A stretch of DNA of 64,000 nt from Spirochaetia bacterium (GCA_963668315.1 OY764216.1:1-64000); one strand, 5' to 3'. Counted from the stretch's first letter, positions 40,176 to 52,256 are shown. Numbers and translations: made by a program. Notes: a model not told the origin generated them from the letters alone.

Positions 40176-40243
40176 AAAATAGTCTCTCCTGTCCTGAATA
40201 GTCAAGTTAAAATACCATATTGACCATCTTTGTCCATCTTTGG
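40176..40243 (-). promoter_or_regulatory. Candidate atp promoter(s) with a 10-bp tandem repeat
   Basis: Minus strand TTGACT-18-TATTTT (40205-40176) and TGGACA-16-TATTTT with TGn extension (40236-40209); plus-strand repeat TGACCATCTT/TGTCCATCTT/TG at 40221-40242. Confidence 0.45.
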
Positions 40244-40437
40244 CTACTCAACTTATTTCTTTTTTACATCTTTTCCGGTATTTTTTTATCTATTCCTGAT
40301 TTTTCGATGCCCTTTCCCGCAGGATTTTTCTCTCCCGCCCCCCCTTTATTCTCACCCTTTGCCCCCCCTCCCGGCTGTTGTTTTTTCCATTTTGTGTTAT
40401 AATCAGACATACTTTTACAAACTGAGGAGTTTCTATA

Positions 40438-40866
40438 ATGGAAAAAGATGTCAACTGCGGTTATTGTTCCGGGGGAAAAGCTCTGGACGCCTTTGGAATT
40501 AAAATCTGTGATCTGGATTCATCGGTCATCGTGCTCTTTAAAGAGCAGAGTCATCCGGGAAGGATCATTGTGGCCTATAAGGATCATGTCAGAGACCTAA
40601 CCGCTCTTTCCGATGAACAGAGAAACGCCTTCTTCGCCGACCTGAATAAAGCCGCCCGGGCCGTGGAAAAACTCTACAGCCCCGATAAAATCAACATAGG
40701 CGCTTACGGCGATACAAGCGGCCATCTGCATTTCCATCTGGTTCCCAAGTACAAGGATCAGTTCGAATGGGCCGATACTTTTGCCATGAACCCGGGAAAG
40801 ACCTATCTCTCCGACGGGGAATACGCAAATATGATCGAAGAGTTCAAGGGAGAGCTGCTGGGCTGA
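40438..40866 (+). CDS. HIT family hydrolase
   Basis: 'CGYC', 'PDKIN...YGD...HLHFHLVP' histidine triad. Confidence 0.9.
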   Translation: MEKDVNCGYCSGGKALDAFGIKICDLDSSVIVLFKEQSHPGRIIVAYKDHVRDLTALSDEQRNAFFADLNKAARAVEKLYSPDKINIGAYGDTSGHLHFHLVPKYKDQFEWADTFAMNPGKTYLSDGEYANMIEEFKGELLG

Positions 40867-40883
40867 TCCGGCGGAGAGAAGAG

Positions 40884-42038
40884 ATGAGAGAAGAGTTTAC
40901 CGAAGACTTGACGGCGCTTCGCCATGACCTGCACCGTATTCCCGAATGCTCGGGGCAGGAAGAAAAAACATCAATCACCATCCTCTCATTTCTCGAAAAC
41001 TGCCGTCCGGACAGCATTCTGACCGGGCTGGGAGGCTACGGTCTGGCCGCGGTATTCGAAAGCGGGAATCCGGGACCGACGGTAATGCTCCGGGCCGAGA
41101 CGGACGCCCTGCCCATTCCCGAGACGGCGGATTTCCCCCACGGCTCGCAACGGGAAGGGGTCTCCCACAAATGCGGCCATGACGGCCATATGGCCGTTCT
41201 GGCCGGGATCGCCTCCTGCCAGAAAGACAATAAAATCCAGCGGGGCCGCCTTATCCTTCTCTTCCAGCCGGCGGAGGAAACGGGAGAGGGGGCCCGGAGG
41301 GTTACGGAGGACGAACGGTTCAGGGAGATTACCCCCGATTATGTTTTCGCCCTGCACAACTGGCCCGGCTTTGCCCACGGTGCCGTAGTGATAAGGGAAG
41401 GCAGCATGTTTGCCGCGTCCACCGGACTCGCCATAGCCCTCACGGGCAAATCCGCCCACGCCATGGCTCCCGAGGAGGGAATCAGCCCCGCCGAAGCCCT
41501 CAAGAAGATCCACAGCCGGCTTAAAGATCTGTATAATCAGGACAAATCCTCCGACGGCTTCAGCCTCGTCACAACCGTGGGGATGCAGCTGGGGGGAGAG
41601 GATTACGGAGTTTCTCCGGGCCGGGGCTCCCTTTACCTGACAGTAAGAGCTTACCGGGACGATATTCTTGCATCCCTTTTGGAAAAGGTCAGATCCCTGG
41701 CATCGGAAGTTGCCCGGGAGGAGTCTCTGGAAATAGATTTCCGCCTCTGCGACACCTTCCCGGCGGCGATGAACAGTAGGGAATGCGCCGAACTGGTTCG
41801 TCTGGCGGCCGATAAAAACCATAATGCCCTCCTGACCCCTATCCAGGGAATGGCGAGCTCCGAAGATGTGGGTTACCTTTTTCGCGCTTCCCGTATGGGC
41901 GGGGCGGTATTCCTTATAGGCTCGGGAGAGAACGCTCCCGCCCTGCACTCCTTCAACTACGACTTTGACGACAGCCTGATCCCCTGCGGAGTGGATATGT
42001 TTCTTTCACTCATAGAGCTTCTTTCGGAACGGAACTAA
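40884..42038 (+). CDS. M20D family amidohydrolase
   Basis: 'LRHDLH..PE.SGQE', 'RAETDALP', 'HKCGHDGH', 'FQPAEE', 'SED', 'ALH'. Confidence 0.9.
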   Translation: MREEFTEDLTALRHDLHRIPECSGQEEKTSITILSFLENCRPDSILTGLGGYGLAAVFESGNPGPTVMLRAETDALPIPETADFPHGSQREGVSHKCGHDGHMAVLAGIASCQKDNKIQRGRLILLFQPAEETGEGARRVTEDERFREITPDYVFALHNWPGFAHGAVVIREGSMFAASTGLAIALTGKSAHAMAPEEGISPAEALKKIHSRLKDLYNQDKSSDGFSLVTTVGMQLGGEDYGVSPGRGSLYLTVRAYRDDILASLLEKVRSLASEVAREESLEIDFRLCDTFPAAMNSRECAELVRLAADKNHNALLTPIQGMASSEDVGYLFRASRMGGAVFLIGSGENAPALHSFNYDFDDSLIPCGVDMFLSLIELLSERN

Positions 42039-42094
42039 TCCCCCTTCCCGTCATATAGATCAACCTCCCCCTTTTCGGTTATAGTATCTGCCAA

Positions 42095-42442
42095 ATGAAA
42101 TACTTAGTCCAATTAATGATCATTCTGGCGGCCTACCTCATCGGCCTGATGCTGGAATATGTTTTGAATTTTCCCGTCCCCGGGGTCGTATCGGGGCTGA
42201 TAATACTCTTCCTGGCTCTCCTCTCGGGATTATTGAAACAGGAGAGCATCCGGGATGTTGCCGATTTCCTCCTCTCCCACATGTCTTTTTTCTTTCTCGC
42301 CCCCGGAGTGGGACTTATGACGACTGTAGACGTGCTCAGGGGAAACATTCTCCCCTTTACAGTTATTATTCTGGTTACGACCGTCATCGTCTGGTCCGTA
42401 ACGGCCTTCACGGTCAAAATGTTAAGGAGAATTATCAAATGA
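42095..42442 (+). CDS. lrgA: CidA/LrgA family membrane protein
   Basis: 115 aa, 4 TM, 'PVPG.V.GL', 'MSFFFLAPGVG'; ATGA overlap with lrgB. Confidence 0.88.
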   Translation: MKYLVQLMIILAAYLIGLMLEYVLNFPVPGVVSGLIILFLALLSGLLKQESIRDVADFLLSHMSFFFLAPGVGLMTTVDVLRGNILPFTVIILVTTVIVWSVTAFTVKMLRRIIK

Positions 42443-43131
42443 GAGAGTTTCTCACATCCCCGGTCTTCGCCGTATTCCTGTCCCTTCTGACCTTCCAGGC
42501 AGGAGTCCTGGTCAGGAAAAAATCAGGATTGTCCTTTCTGAATCCCCTGCTGGTGGCCCTGCTGCTGACCATCGCGGCCCTGATAGTACTGGATATTCCC
42601 TATGAGGCTTACAACCGGGGCGGTTCAATTATCACCTTCTTCCTGGCTCCCGCCACAATCGCTCTGGCCCTGCCCCTCTACAGGATGTTCCACCTCTTCA
42701 GAAAGAACGCCCTGCCCATCCTCATCGGGATTCTTTTCGGTTCCGCCTCGGGCATACTCTCCGTCATCCTCCTGGCCAGGTTCTTCGGGCTATCCGAGGA
42801 GCTGACCGTCTCCCTGATTCCCAAGTCCATCACGACACCCATCGGCATGGCCCTTTCCGAGCAGCTGGGGGGGATTACGCCCATCACGGTGATGGCTATT
42901 GTCATTACCGGATTGGCCGGTTCCGTTATCGGGCCTGTACTGCATAAGATCTGCCGTCTCAACGATCCCGTGGCCATGGGTATCGCCATGGGATGCAGCT
43001 CCCACGCGGTAGGTACGGCCAAGGCGATGGAACTGGGAGAAACGGAGGGCGCCATGAGCGGCCTTACCATCGCCTTAGCGGGAATCATCACCGTTTTTCT
43101 GGCACCGCCGATCTGGCAGATTTTCTCCTGA
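42439..43131 (+). CDS. lrgB: CidB/LrgB family membrane protein
   Basis: 'LNPLL', 'PATIALALPLY', 'PKSITTPIG', 'SHAVGTAKA'. Confidence 0.92.
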   Translation: MREFLTSPVFAVFLSLLTFQAGVLVRKKSGLSFLNPLLVALLLTIAALIVLDIPYEAYNRGGSIITFFLAPATIALALPLYRMFHLFRKNALPILIGILFGSASGILSVILLARFFGLSEELTVSLIPKSITTPIGMALSEQLGGITPITVMAIVITGLAGSVIGPVLHKICRLNDPVAMGIAMGCSSHAVGTAKAMELGETEGAMSGLTIALAGIITVFLAPPIWQIFS

Positions 43132-43197
43132 GGCCCGACGGGATATTCGGGGCGGTGCATTTTCCGTCCCTTTTTATGTAAATATGCCAGTTCTCTA

Positions 43198-43226
43198 TTG
43201 ATACTTATTTATCTAGTTAATACACT
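43198..43226 (+). promoter_or_regulatory. Sigma70-like promoter, probably giving a leaderless fsa transcript
   Basis: TTGATA-17-TACACT; ATG 6 nt after the -10 box. Confidence 0.55.
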
Positions 43227-43232
43227 TTAGGT

Positions 43233-43898
43233 ATGGAATATTTAGCAGATACAGCGAATTTAGATGAAATCAGAAAGCTTTATGACAGTTTTCCTCTGAA
43301 CGGCGTGACCACCAATCCCACCATTCTCAAGCAATCGGGCATGAAGCTCTCCGAAGCGGTCAACGCTATCGGAGATATTATCGGAAACAGTCAGATCCAC
43401 ATCCAGGTGAGAAGCACCGACTGCGACAGCATCGTCAGCGAAGCCCGCAAATATAAAACCTATTTCGAGCTGGGAGATAATTACTATACAAAGATCCCCA
43501 TCACCCTGGATGGGCTCAAGGCGATGAGCATCCTCAAGGACGCCGGGATCAATGTCACGGCGACGGCCATATTCACCCAGCAGCAGGCTCTCATTGCCGC
43601 CAAGGCGGGGGCCGATTACGTTGCTCCCTATGTGAGCCGGCTCGACAATATCTCCTCCCACGGCATTGATGTGGTCCGGGATATCACGCAGAACATGACC
43701 CATTACAAACTGGATACAAAAGTACTGGCCGCCAGCTTCAAAACGGTGGATCAGATCCATCGCATCAGCATGCACGGATGCCATGCGGCCACGGTCAACC
43801 CGGAACTAATCATGCAGCTCATTACCCATCCCATGACCGACATCAGCATCAATACCTTTCTGGAAGACGCCAAAGGGGTATACGACATTTCCCTTTAG
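43233..43898 (+). CDS. fsa: Fructose-6-phosphate aldolase (TalC/MipB family)
   Basis: 'LADTAN', 'GVTTNPTI', Schiff-base Lys 'KIP', 'KVLAASFK'; Gln in 'HIQV' and Tyr in 'VAPYVSR' favour aldolase over transaldolase. Confidence 0.8.
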   Translation: MEYLADTANLDEIRKLYDSFPLNGVTTNPTILKQSGMKLSEAVNAIGDIIGNSQIHIQVRSTDCDSIVSEARKYKTYFELGDNYYTKIPITLDGLKAMSILKDAGINVTATAIFTQQQALIAAKAGADYVAPYVSRLDNISSHGIDVVRDITQNMTHYKLDTKVLAASFKTVDQIHRISMHGCHAATVNPELIMQLITHPMTDISINTFLEDAKGVYDISL

Positions 43899-43907
43899 CA
43901 GACGGGC

Positions 43908-43934
43908 GGCGGCATTCAACCTGCCGCCGTTTTC
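43908..43934. terminator. Hairpin between convergent fsa and DUF2892 genes
   Basis: CGGCGGCA-ttcaacc-TGCCGCCG followed by tttt. Confidence 0.6.
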
Positions 43935-44139
43935 ATTCCTCCTGCTTGTCCCGGGTGCTGATTTTCAAGGGAACATAGAGCGGACAGAAGGCTATGCTCC
44001 CCGTAAAGACCATGAGAAGCCCGGGAATTCCCAGCCACCACAGTTGTCTCGCTGAAACCTGCAGAATAACGGCCAGTACGATTAGAATGGTCCCTGCGGC
44101 CAGACGTAAGGTTCTATCAGTTTTTCCCATATTTTTCAT
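43933..44139 (-). CDS. DUF2892/YgaP-like small membrane protein
   Basis: 'KNMGKTDRTLRL...TG...FCPLY.PL.IST' signature; GGAG RBS. Confidence 0.88.
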   Translation of the reverse strand: MKNMGKTDRTLRLAAGTILIVLAVILQVSARQLWWLGIPGLLMVFTGSIAFCPLYVPLKISTRDKQEE

Positions 44140-44236
44140 TGTCAAACTCCTTAATATATATTTTTTAATATATTAAAATCCCGTGCAGTCGTCCAGAAAA
44201 ATATCCCTAAATATTCCCTTCCCGGCTCCCCCGGTA

Positions 44237-44270
44237 TTGACGCCAAAATACTAGTACAGTATAGTACAGC
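44237..44270 (+). promoter_or_regulatory. uxuA promoter with an overlapping direct-repeat operator
   Basis: TTGACG-17-TATAGT; TAGTACAG occurs twice, 10 bp apart (44252 and 44262), across the -10 box. Confidence 0.7.
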
Positions 44271-44349
44271 ATGGCTAAACCTGAGACAGGTTGACAATGC
44301 CTATAAAAACCGGATTTATCAGGCGTATAAAAAAGGAGAATTTATAAAC

Positions 44350-45567
44350 ATGTTTGCAATGGAAGAATCATTCAGATGGTACGGTCCCAACGACCCGGTT
44401 ACCCTGGATTTTATTAAGCAGGCCGGAGCCACTTCGGTCATCACCAGTCTCCACCAGATACCCTACGGGGAGAGCTGGCCCCTGGAAGCCATTCTGGAAC
44501 GGAAAAAGATCCTGGAAGAAAAGGGTCTTGGATGGGCGGCTGTTGAGTCCGTACCGGTCCATGAGGATATTAAAACCAGAACGGGAAATTACAAAGAGTA
44601 TATAGAGAATTACAAGATCAGCCTGGAAAACCTGGGAAAGGCCGGAGTGGAAGTGGTAATCTACAATTTCATGCCCGTTCTGGACTGGGTCAGAACCGAT
44701 CTCGCCCACAAACTGGAGGACGGCTCGGAGTGTCTCTACTTCGATCCTGTCCAGTTCGCCGCCTTTGACATGAATCTTCTTCAGAGAAAGGGAGCCGAGG
44801 AGGACTATACTCCGGAGCAGAGGAAACAGGCCCAGGCCTTCTTCGACAGCCTTTCCGATGAAGAGAAGAAAACCTTTGAACTGAATCTGATCGATGTATT
44901 CCCCGGCACGAAAATGGGCCTCTCCATCGAAGACGTGAGAGCCATGCTCGCCAAGTACGACGATATCGACCGGGAAACCCTCAAGAAGCATTACCGCCTC
45001 TTCCTGGAGGAAGTTATCCCCGTGGCAGCCAAAGCGGGAGTCCGCCTCGCCGTTCATCCCGACGATCCGCCGTGGAATATCATGGGTCTTCCCCGCATCG
45101 TAAGCTGCGCCGATGATATCCGCGACCTTCTGACCATGGTGGACAATCCGGCCAACGGCCTCTGTTTCTGTACCGGAAGCTACAGCGCCAGCCTGGACAA
45201 CAACCTTCCCGAAATGATCCGTCAGTTCGGAGACAGGATTCACGTAGCCCACTTGAGAAGCACACAGAAGAACACCGACGGCAGTTTCTACGAAGCCAAC
45301 CACCTGGAAGGTTCGGTTAACATGTACGAGGTAGTCAAAGCCCTTCTCGAGGAAATGGCCGCCCGCAAAAAAGCGGGAAGAGCGGACTGGAGACTGGCTT
45401 TCCGTCCCGACCACGGTCACACGATGATGGACGACCTGGCCAAACCGCCGGCGGACAACCCGGGATACACGGCCATCGGACGTATGCGCGGCCTGGCAGA
45501 GATACGGGGAGTGGAATACGGCATTCTCGGTTCCGATCCCGCTCTGGCTGAATCCCTGGGAAACTAG
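44350..45567 (+). CDS. uxuA: Mannonate dehydratase
   Basis: 'FRWYGPNDPV', 'VESVPVHEDIK', 'YNFMPVLDW.RTDL', 'HPDDPP', 'RPDHGH', 'PGYTAIGR'. Confidence 0.96.
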   Translation: MFAMEESFRWYGPNDPVTLDFIKQAGATSVITSLHQIPYGESWPLEAILERKKILEEKGLGWAAVESVPVHEDIKTRTGNYKEYIENYKISLENLGKAGVEVVIYNFMPVLDWVRTDLAHKLEDGSECLYFDPVQFAAFDMNLLQRKGAEEDYTPEQRKQAQAFFDSLSDEEKKTFELNLIDVFPGTKMGLSIEDVRAMLAKYDDIDRETLKKHYRLFLEEVIPVAAKAGVRLAVHPDDPPWNIMGLPRIVSCADDIRDLLTMVDNPANGLCFCTGSYSASLDNNLPEMIRQFGDRIHVAHLRSTQKNTDGSFYEANHLEGSVNMYEVVKALLEEMAARKKAGRADWRLAFRPDHGHTMMDDLAKPPADNPGYTAIGRMRGLAEIRGVEYGILGSDPALAESLGN

Positions 45568-45626
45568 TCTGATAACAGGGGGGATTTTCCCATATTACGG
45601 GAGATTCCCCCAAAGGGGAGTCCATA

Positions 45627-46604
45627 CTGAAAAATCTGACCAAACACCGGATAATCATCAACGATCTTAAGGAGAAAATCGCCGCCGGGCAAATTCTGCC
45701 GGGCGATCCCCTTCCCTCCATCAACGAGGTCAGCGGACGGTTTCAGGTGGCCAGGGAAACGGCGGTAAAGGCCTATAAGACTCTCAGACAGGAAGGTCTC
45801 ATTGATTCCGTTCCCGGCAAGGGATTCTTCCTCCTCACCGACCGGATAAGCGATTCCCCCCGGGTTATGCTTGTTCTTAACACCTACAACAGCTACATGC
45901 AATCCCTCTACCATGCGTACATGGGAGAAACAGGACAGGCGGCCACAACAGATATCTATTTCCATAACAACAACATAGATATTTTCAGAAACCTTATCAC
46001 GGCCTACAGCGGCCGTTATACCCACCACATCATCAAGCCCCCCTTCCACAGGGAGGTTCCGGAACTCCTGGGCACGCTGGATAAATCCCGGCTCCTTCTT
46101 CTTGACCGCGACGAGTATAAAGATCTGATGCGCCACTATCTCTGCCAGGATTTCCAGGATGGATTCAGCAGGATTCTCAGACAGATCAAACCGAGGATCC
46201 TCAGGTACGAGGGGCTTTATCTCATACGTTCCCAGAGCAATCTCCACCCCCAGGCGACATTCGACGCTTTTACCGATTTTCTTGAGGAAGAGAAGATTCC
46301 CGGCGGCATACTCCCCCGCATAGACGAAGGGGAGCTTCTGCCCGGAAGGGGGTACATCGTCAACTCCGATGAAGACATGGTGCGCCTGCTGCAGATTTTC
46401 AGGGAAAAATCCTGGATTCCCGGCAAAGACGGCGGAGTTATCGTTTATAACGAAACCCCTATCCTGGAGTTCATAGGCAGGGGCATCTCATCCATTTCCG
46501 TGGATTTTCCCCGGATGGGCCGCCTGGCCGCCCGGTTCGTAACAGGGCAGCCCGATTCCCGGGTAACCCTCCATCCCGACTATATAGAAAGGCACTCCTT
46601 CTAA
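45627..46604 (+). CDS. GntR family regulator (wHTH + periplasmic-binding-protein-like effector domain), probable CTG start
   Basis: The frame upstream of GTG 45747 reads LKNLTKHRIIINDLKEKIAAGQILPGDPLPSINEVSGRFQVARETAVKAY, a complete GntR HTH; GGGGAG ends 6 nt before CTG 45627. Confidence 0.85.
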   Translation: MKNLTKHRIIINDLKEKIAAGQILPGDPLPSINEVSGRFQVARETAVKAYKTLRQEGLIDSVPGKGFFLLTDRISDSPRVMLVLNTYNSYMQSLYHAYMGETGQAATTDIYFHNNNIDIFRNLITAYSGRYTHHIIKPPFHREVPELLGTLDKSRLLLLDRDEYKDLMRHYLCQDFQDGFSRILRQIKPRILRYEGLYLIRSQSNLHPQATFDAFTDFLEEEKIPGGILPRIDEGELLPGRGYIVNSDEDMVRLLQIFREKSWIPGKDGGVIVYNETPILEFIGRGISSISVDFPRMGRLAARFVTGQPDSRVTLHPDYIERHSF

Positions 46605-46786
46605 AAGAGCCGGACACACATCCTCTTCCCCGGGGAGAAAGGGTCCTTTTTTTTGCCATCCCTTTTTTTTACTACTTTTTTACTTGTTTTTTTCACTCTC
46701 TTTCAATTACAATCACAAAAAGTCCCGTTCTTCATGTTCCGGGACAATCTACTCATTAAGAAAATATGTGTCCCAGAGGAATTACC

Positions 46787-48907
46787 ATGAAGAGAAGAAA
46801 AAGATCTTTTGCCACTCCCCTTATTTTATTGACCATCGGAATCCTTATCATCTGCTTCCTGAGTCAGTTTATCCTTATATCCCAGAAAATAGACCGGGAG
46901 ATAAAAAAGACTCAGTCATCTAACTTCACATCCATAGCCCAGTCCCTGGCCGATCTTCTGGAACTGGAGCTCGATTCCAACGAAGCCGTGATGATTTCCT
47001 ATGCAAACGATCTGAGCCGATATATCACCATGGCCGACGTCCCTCTGAAGAACAATCCCGTATCCCATCAGATTATCAAGGAGCTTCAGGAAAGCAACTC
47101 CTTCTTCGAATCCGCCTTCATACTGAGCGACCAGGGCATCATTCTCGACTCGACATACTCCGATTCCGTCATCGGAATGGACCTTTCAGACAGGGATTAT
47201 TTCAATGCCATCGTCAGGGAAAGAAAATCCTCCTTCATCACGCCGAATGTCCTGGAGTCCAACGTAACCCACAACCTGACCGTCGTTCATGCAGCGCCCA
47301 TCTACCGGAACGGGACGCTCCAGGGAATTCTGGGAATCTCACTGAACCTGACGGCCCTGGGGAATAATTTCATACTGTCACAGAAGATCGGCGACACAGG
47401 CTATCCCTTCGTACTGGACCAGGAGGGGATATTCATCATCCACCCTTCGGATGAACTTCTCTTCACCTCATCCCTTGGCATTGACCCTTTCTTTGAGAGG
47501 GTGGTCAACAGCAGCGGGACGCTTCTCGAGTCGGACTACTATCTCGAGGGAATTCAGAAGAGGGGCGTGTTCGTCAGAATCCCCGAAACCGGCTGGATCG
47601 TCTGTTTTGCCATCAATTATGAAGAATCCCACTACTCCATTTATATACTCCGCGTCCTGCTGATCATTACGGGCACAGTTTCCCTCGTTCTCATATCCCT
47701 CATACTGGCGCTTTACGTCAGCCGGATGCTGGTCCTGCGGCTCAAGGGAATAGAGGAGATCATGCACGATGCCTCCGAAGGAAATCTTACGGGACGGGGA
47801 AATTCCCGGGGTTCCGACGAGGTGTCCGCCCTGATAGGCGATTTCAATCTGCTCATCGATTCACTGAGGGATTTTTTCTCCTCCTTGAACGGCAATCTGG
47901 AAGAGCTGGATGAAGTCGGTCAGGATCTGTCGGCCAATATGGAGGAGACAGCAGCTGCCGTACACCAGATAAGGACAAACGTCACCAATTCCCGGAAGCA
48001 GATCACCAGCCAGGAATCCATAGTGCGTCAGACCGATGATGCGGTTAAGAGGATTCTCGGCAACGTGGATAATCTGGACCGGATAATCGACTTGCAGAAT
48101 CAGAACCTCGATCAGGGTTCGAGCGCCGTAGAAGAGATGATCGTCCAGATAAAAAATGTTTCCCAGTCCACTGAACGCTCGGAGGATCTGATGATCGAAC
48201 TCCGCCAATCCTCAAACGCGGGAAAGGAGAAACTCGACGAGGTAACGGGCCTTATCGATTCTATCGCCCAGAAATCCCAGAATCTGGAAGAAGCGAATGC
48301 CCTGATTTCCGGGATCGCCAGCCAAACCAATCTTCTGGCCATGAATGCCGCCATTGAGGCGGCCCATGCGGGAGAAGCGGGAAGAGGATTCGCCGTTGTT
48401 GCCGATGAAATACGAAAACTTGCCGAGCAGTCAACGGCCCAGTCCCGGGAGGTAAAGCAGAGCATCCTTGATATATCCTCCTCCATAGAGGCCGTCGTCA
48501 ATGGTTCTACGGCGTCCAACCACTCCTTCATGGATATCCTTTCACGGATCGAAGACATCAGCCGCCTTACGGGAGAGATTAAATCCTCCATGGAAGAACA
48601 GGTGGCCGGCAGCTCCCAGGTTCTGGAATCCCTCAAGGAGCTGAAGTCGACGAGCGGCGACGTAACGGAAGCCTCCCGGGATATGAAGCGGGAGAGCAGC
48701 GCCATTGTTCAAACGATCAACTCCCTGAATCAGATTTCCGAGGAAGTGACGATGGCCATCGGTGAAATAGGGAACGGCATGGATGAAATAGGCCGCTCCG
48801 TTTCAAGCATAAAGGATATAACGGTCAAGAATAAAGACAATATTGATATGGTCAGAAAGGAAGCCCGCCGTTACAAAATAGAGGAGGATGACCTCGGAGA
48901 AATCTGA
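46787..48907 (+). CDS. Methyl-accepting chemotaxis protein with Cache-type sensor
   Basis: TM-Cache('DLSDRDYF', 'IGDTGY.FV.D..G....HP')-TM-HAMP; '[35 protein letters not shown]'. Confidence 0.95.
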   Translation: MKRRKRSFATPLILLTIGILIICFLSQFILISQKIDREIKKTQSSNFTSIAQSLADLLELELDSNEAVMISYANDLSRYITMADVPLKNNPVSHQIIKELQESNSFFESAFILSDQGIILDSTYSDSVIGMDLSDRDYFNAIVRERKSSFITPNVLESNVTHNLTVVHAAPIYRNGTLQGILGISLNLTALGNNFILSQKIGDTGYPFVLDQEGIFIIHPSDELLFTSSLGIDPFFERVVNSSGTLLESDYYLEGIQKRGVFVRIPETGWIVCFAINYEESHYSIYILRVLLIITGTVSLVLISLILALYVSRMLVLRLKGIEEIMHDASEGNLTGRGNSRGSDEVSALIGDFNLLIDSLRDFFSSLNGNLEELDEVGQDLSANMEETAAAVHQIRTNVTNSRKQITSQESIVRQTDDAVKRILGNVDNLDRIIDLQNQNLDQGSSAVEEMIVQIKNVSQSTERSEDLMIELRQSSNAGKEKLDEVTGLIDSIAQKSQNLEEANALISGIASQTNLLAMNAAIEAAHAGEAGRGFAVVADEIRKLAEQSTAQSREVKQSILDISSSIEAVVNGSTASNHSFMDILSRIEDISRLTGEIKSSMEEQVAGSSQVLESLKELKSTSGDVTEASRDMKRESSAIVQTINSLNQISEEVTMAIGEIGNGMDEIGRSVSSIKDITVKNKDNIDMVRKEARRYKIEEDDLGEI

Positions 48908-49015
48908 GGAAGTCCCTTCACAGGATAAAAAACAGGACTTTCCCGGCGGAAATCCTTCGCCGGGACTATCCCCAAAGAACCATACCTGCTATTCTACTCC
49001 TTCCATAGGAGTAAT

Positions 49016-50203
<1,188 letters not shown>

Positions 50204-50693
50204 CGCCGTCCGGATCCAGAACATAGAGAAAGCGGACGCCCGGCATGGGCTCGAAGGGTCCCCCGAAAAGGGGGATTCCTTTCTCTTCCAGAACGGTCTG
50301 AATCGCATCCAGGGAGGAGACTTCAAAACCCAGGGAAATATCTTTCCCGTAAACCGGCTCATCCTTGTCCGCCGATAGGATCAGCTCAAGCTTCGTCTCA
50401 CCTTCTCCCAGAAACGCAATTTCCATCCCCGGGGCGGGAGAGTTTCTCCGCTGCAGTTTCAGTCCCACCAGTCCTCTGTAAAACTCCAGGGATTTTTCCA
50501 TATCCCTTACATAAAATGTCGTCCAGCAGTATTTCATGACGATACCATCTCCTCCATAGAACGCGTTCTGCCGCTATTTCCCTCGGCTTCACCCGGTTTA
50601 GCATAAAATAATATCACTTTCTTGAAAACAGAGCCATAAAAAATTTGAGTTCCTCCCCCCCGCTCCTTATGATTATAACAGATCGGACCATTG

Positions 50694-52256
50694 ATGATGA
50701 CAAAGGAAACACGGAAAAAGAAAAATACCCCCTTCCTCTTCTATTCCATACAGACGAAACTTCTGGCTCTGTTCTTCTCCTTCTTTCTCATTCTCATGGT
50801 GATTATGCTTGTATTATCCCAGAGAAGCCTGACATCCATCATTGACGAGAGCCAGGGGGATCTGTACAGGGAGAGACTGGATTTTATTATCGATGAGTTG
50901 GAAGAGGCTGACTCTTTATTAAAGGAGATGCCCCGTTCGGTAGCGGGGCAAAGGGTCGGAGAGATCCAGAAGGAGGTTCTCGCGGTCATAAGGGAGAAAT
51001 ACTACAAGACCCCCCTCCTGGACCATTACCCCTTCATCATCGACCCCGATATCCTCATAATCCTCCATCCGACCATGGCCCGGGGAACGGACAACAGGGA
51101 GAATATCCCCTGGAGCCGGAATTTCCGGGAGGGCAAGGAGGGGGATTTCACGGAAATCTTCTTCGGGACGGAGAAATGGTATCTCTATAAATGGTACGAT
51201 CCCTGGAACTGGATTATCTGCTACACCGTTCCCCTGGACGTTAAGTACAAAGACGTACAGCTTTTTCAGAAAAGCCTGGCCTTCTTTATGATTCTGATAA
51301 CACTGATTTTCACTCCCCCCATTATCACTTTGATAAGAAACATAACCATGCCTCTGGGGAAGCTGACGGAGATCACGGGGAAGATCTCCCGGGGGGATCT
51401 TGATCAGTCCATTCCGATCAGCGGCAGGGATGAAATCAGCGACCTGTCCAGAAGCATCAAGGCAATGCAGGACTCGATTAAACAGAAAATCGAAGCGTTG
51501 AACAGGGAGATGAAGGATAAGACACTTATGAAAGAACAGCTGGCGCAGAATCAGAAACTCGATGCCATCGGCCAGCTGGCGGGAGGAGTGGCCCATGATT
51601 TCAACAATGTGCTGGCAGGAATATCCGGAGCCGCCCAGCTGCTCGCCTCCCTTCATGACGATACGGAGAGCCGTCTTTATACGAATATGATCATCCAGTC
51701 GGCTGACAGCGCCGCCGAACTGACGACCAAGCTGCTGGCTTTCGGCAGAAAATCCCAGCTGATAAAGAGGAGCACCGACCTGCACAAACTTATCCATGAC
51801 ACACTGCTCATCCTGAACCGGACCCTGGATAAAAAGGTCTGCCTCAGCCTGTCCCTTAACGCGGAGCCGGCCCTTATCTGGAGCGATGCCGCCGCCATAC
51901 AGAACAGTATCATCAATATCGCCATCAATGCGGCCCACGCCATGAAAGGAGGAGGTGACCTGACCATAGAAACGGCGGGGGTATCCCTATCCGAAGAGGA
52001 GTGCCGCCGGAGTTCCTTTGACCTGAAGCCGGGGGACTACATAAAACTGACCATTGCGGATACGGGCACGGGAATCCCGCCGGAATACCTCAGCCGAATA
52101 TTCGAGCCCTTCTTTACAACAAAGGAAAAGGATAAGGGAACCGGCCTGGGGCTCGCCTCGGTTTACGGAACGGTTCTGGACCATAAGGGTTCCATAACCG
52201 TTCACAGTACACCGGGACAAGGAACGTCCTTCACGCTCCTCCTCCCCTGCCCCTGA
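50694..52256 (+). CDS. Membrane sensor histidine kinase (Cache-like, HAMP, HisKA, HATPase); no receiver domain
   Basis: '[10 protein letters not shown]', '[16 protein letters not shown]'; ends immediately after the HATPase; start codon uncertain. Confidence 0.9.
   Translation: MMTKETRKKKNTPFLFYSIQTKLLALFFSFFLILMVIMLVLSQRSLTSIIDESQGDLYRERLDFIIDELEEADSLLKEMPRSVAGQRVGEIQKEVLAVIREKYYKTPLLDHYPFIIDPDILIILHPTMARGTDNRENIPWSRNFREGKEGDFTEIFFGTEKWYLYKWYDPWNWIICYTVPLDVKYKDVQLFQKSLAFFMILITLIFTPPIITLIRNITMPLGKLTEITGKISRGDLDQSIPISGRDEISDLSRSIKAMQDSIKQKIEALNREMKDKTLMKEQLAQNQKLDAIGQLAGGVAHDFNNVLAGISGAAQLLASLHDDTESRLYTNMIIQSADSAAELTTKLLAFGRKSQLIKRSTDLHKLIHDTLLILNRTLDKKVCLSLSLNAEPALIWSDAAAIQNSIINIAINAAHAMKGGGDLTIETAGVSLSEEECRRSSFDLKPGDYIKLTIADTGTGIPPEYLSRIFEPFFTTKEKDKGTGLGLASVYGTVLDHKGSITVHSTPGQGTSFTLLLPCP

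Noticed and set aside
40250..40395. Strongly pyrimidine-skewed tract and short ORFs at 40220-40502
   Set aside because: Low-complexity intergenic DNA between divergent promoters; the ORFs are Phe/Pro-rich artefacts with no RNA structure I can support.
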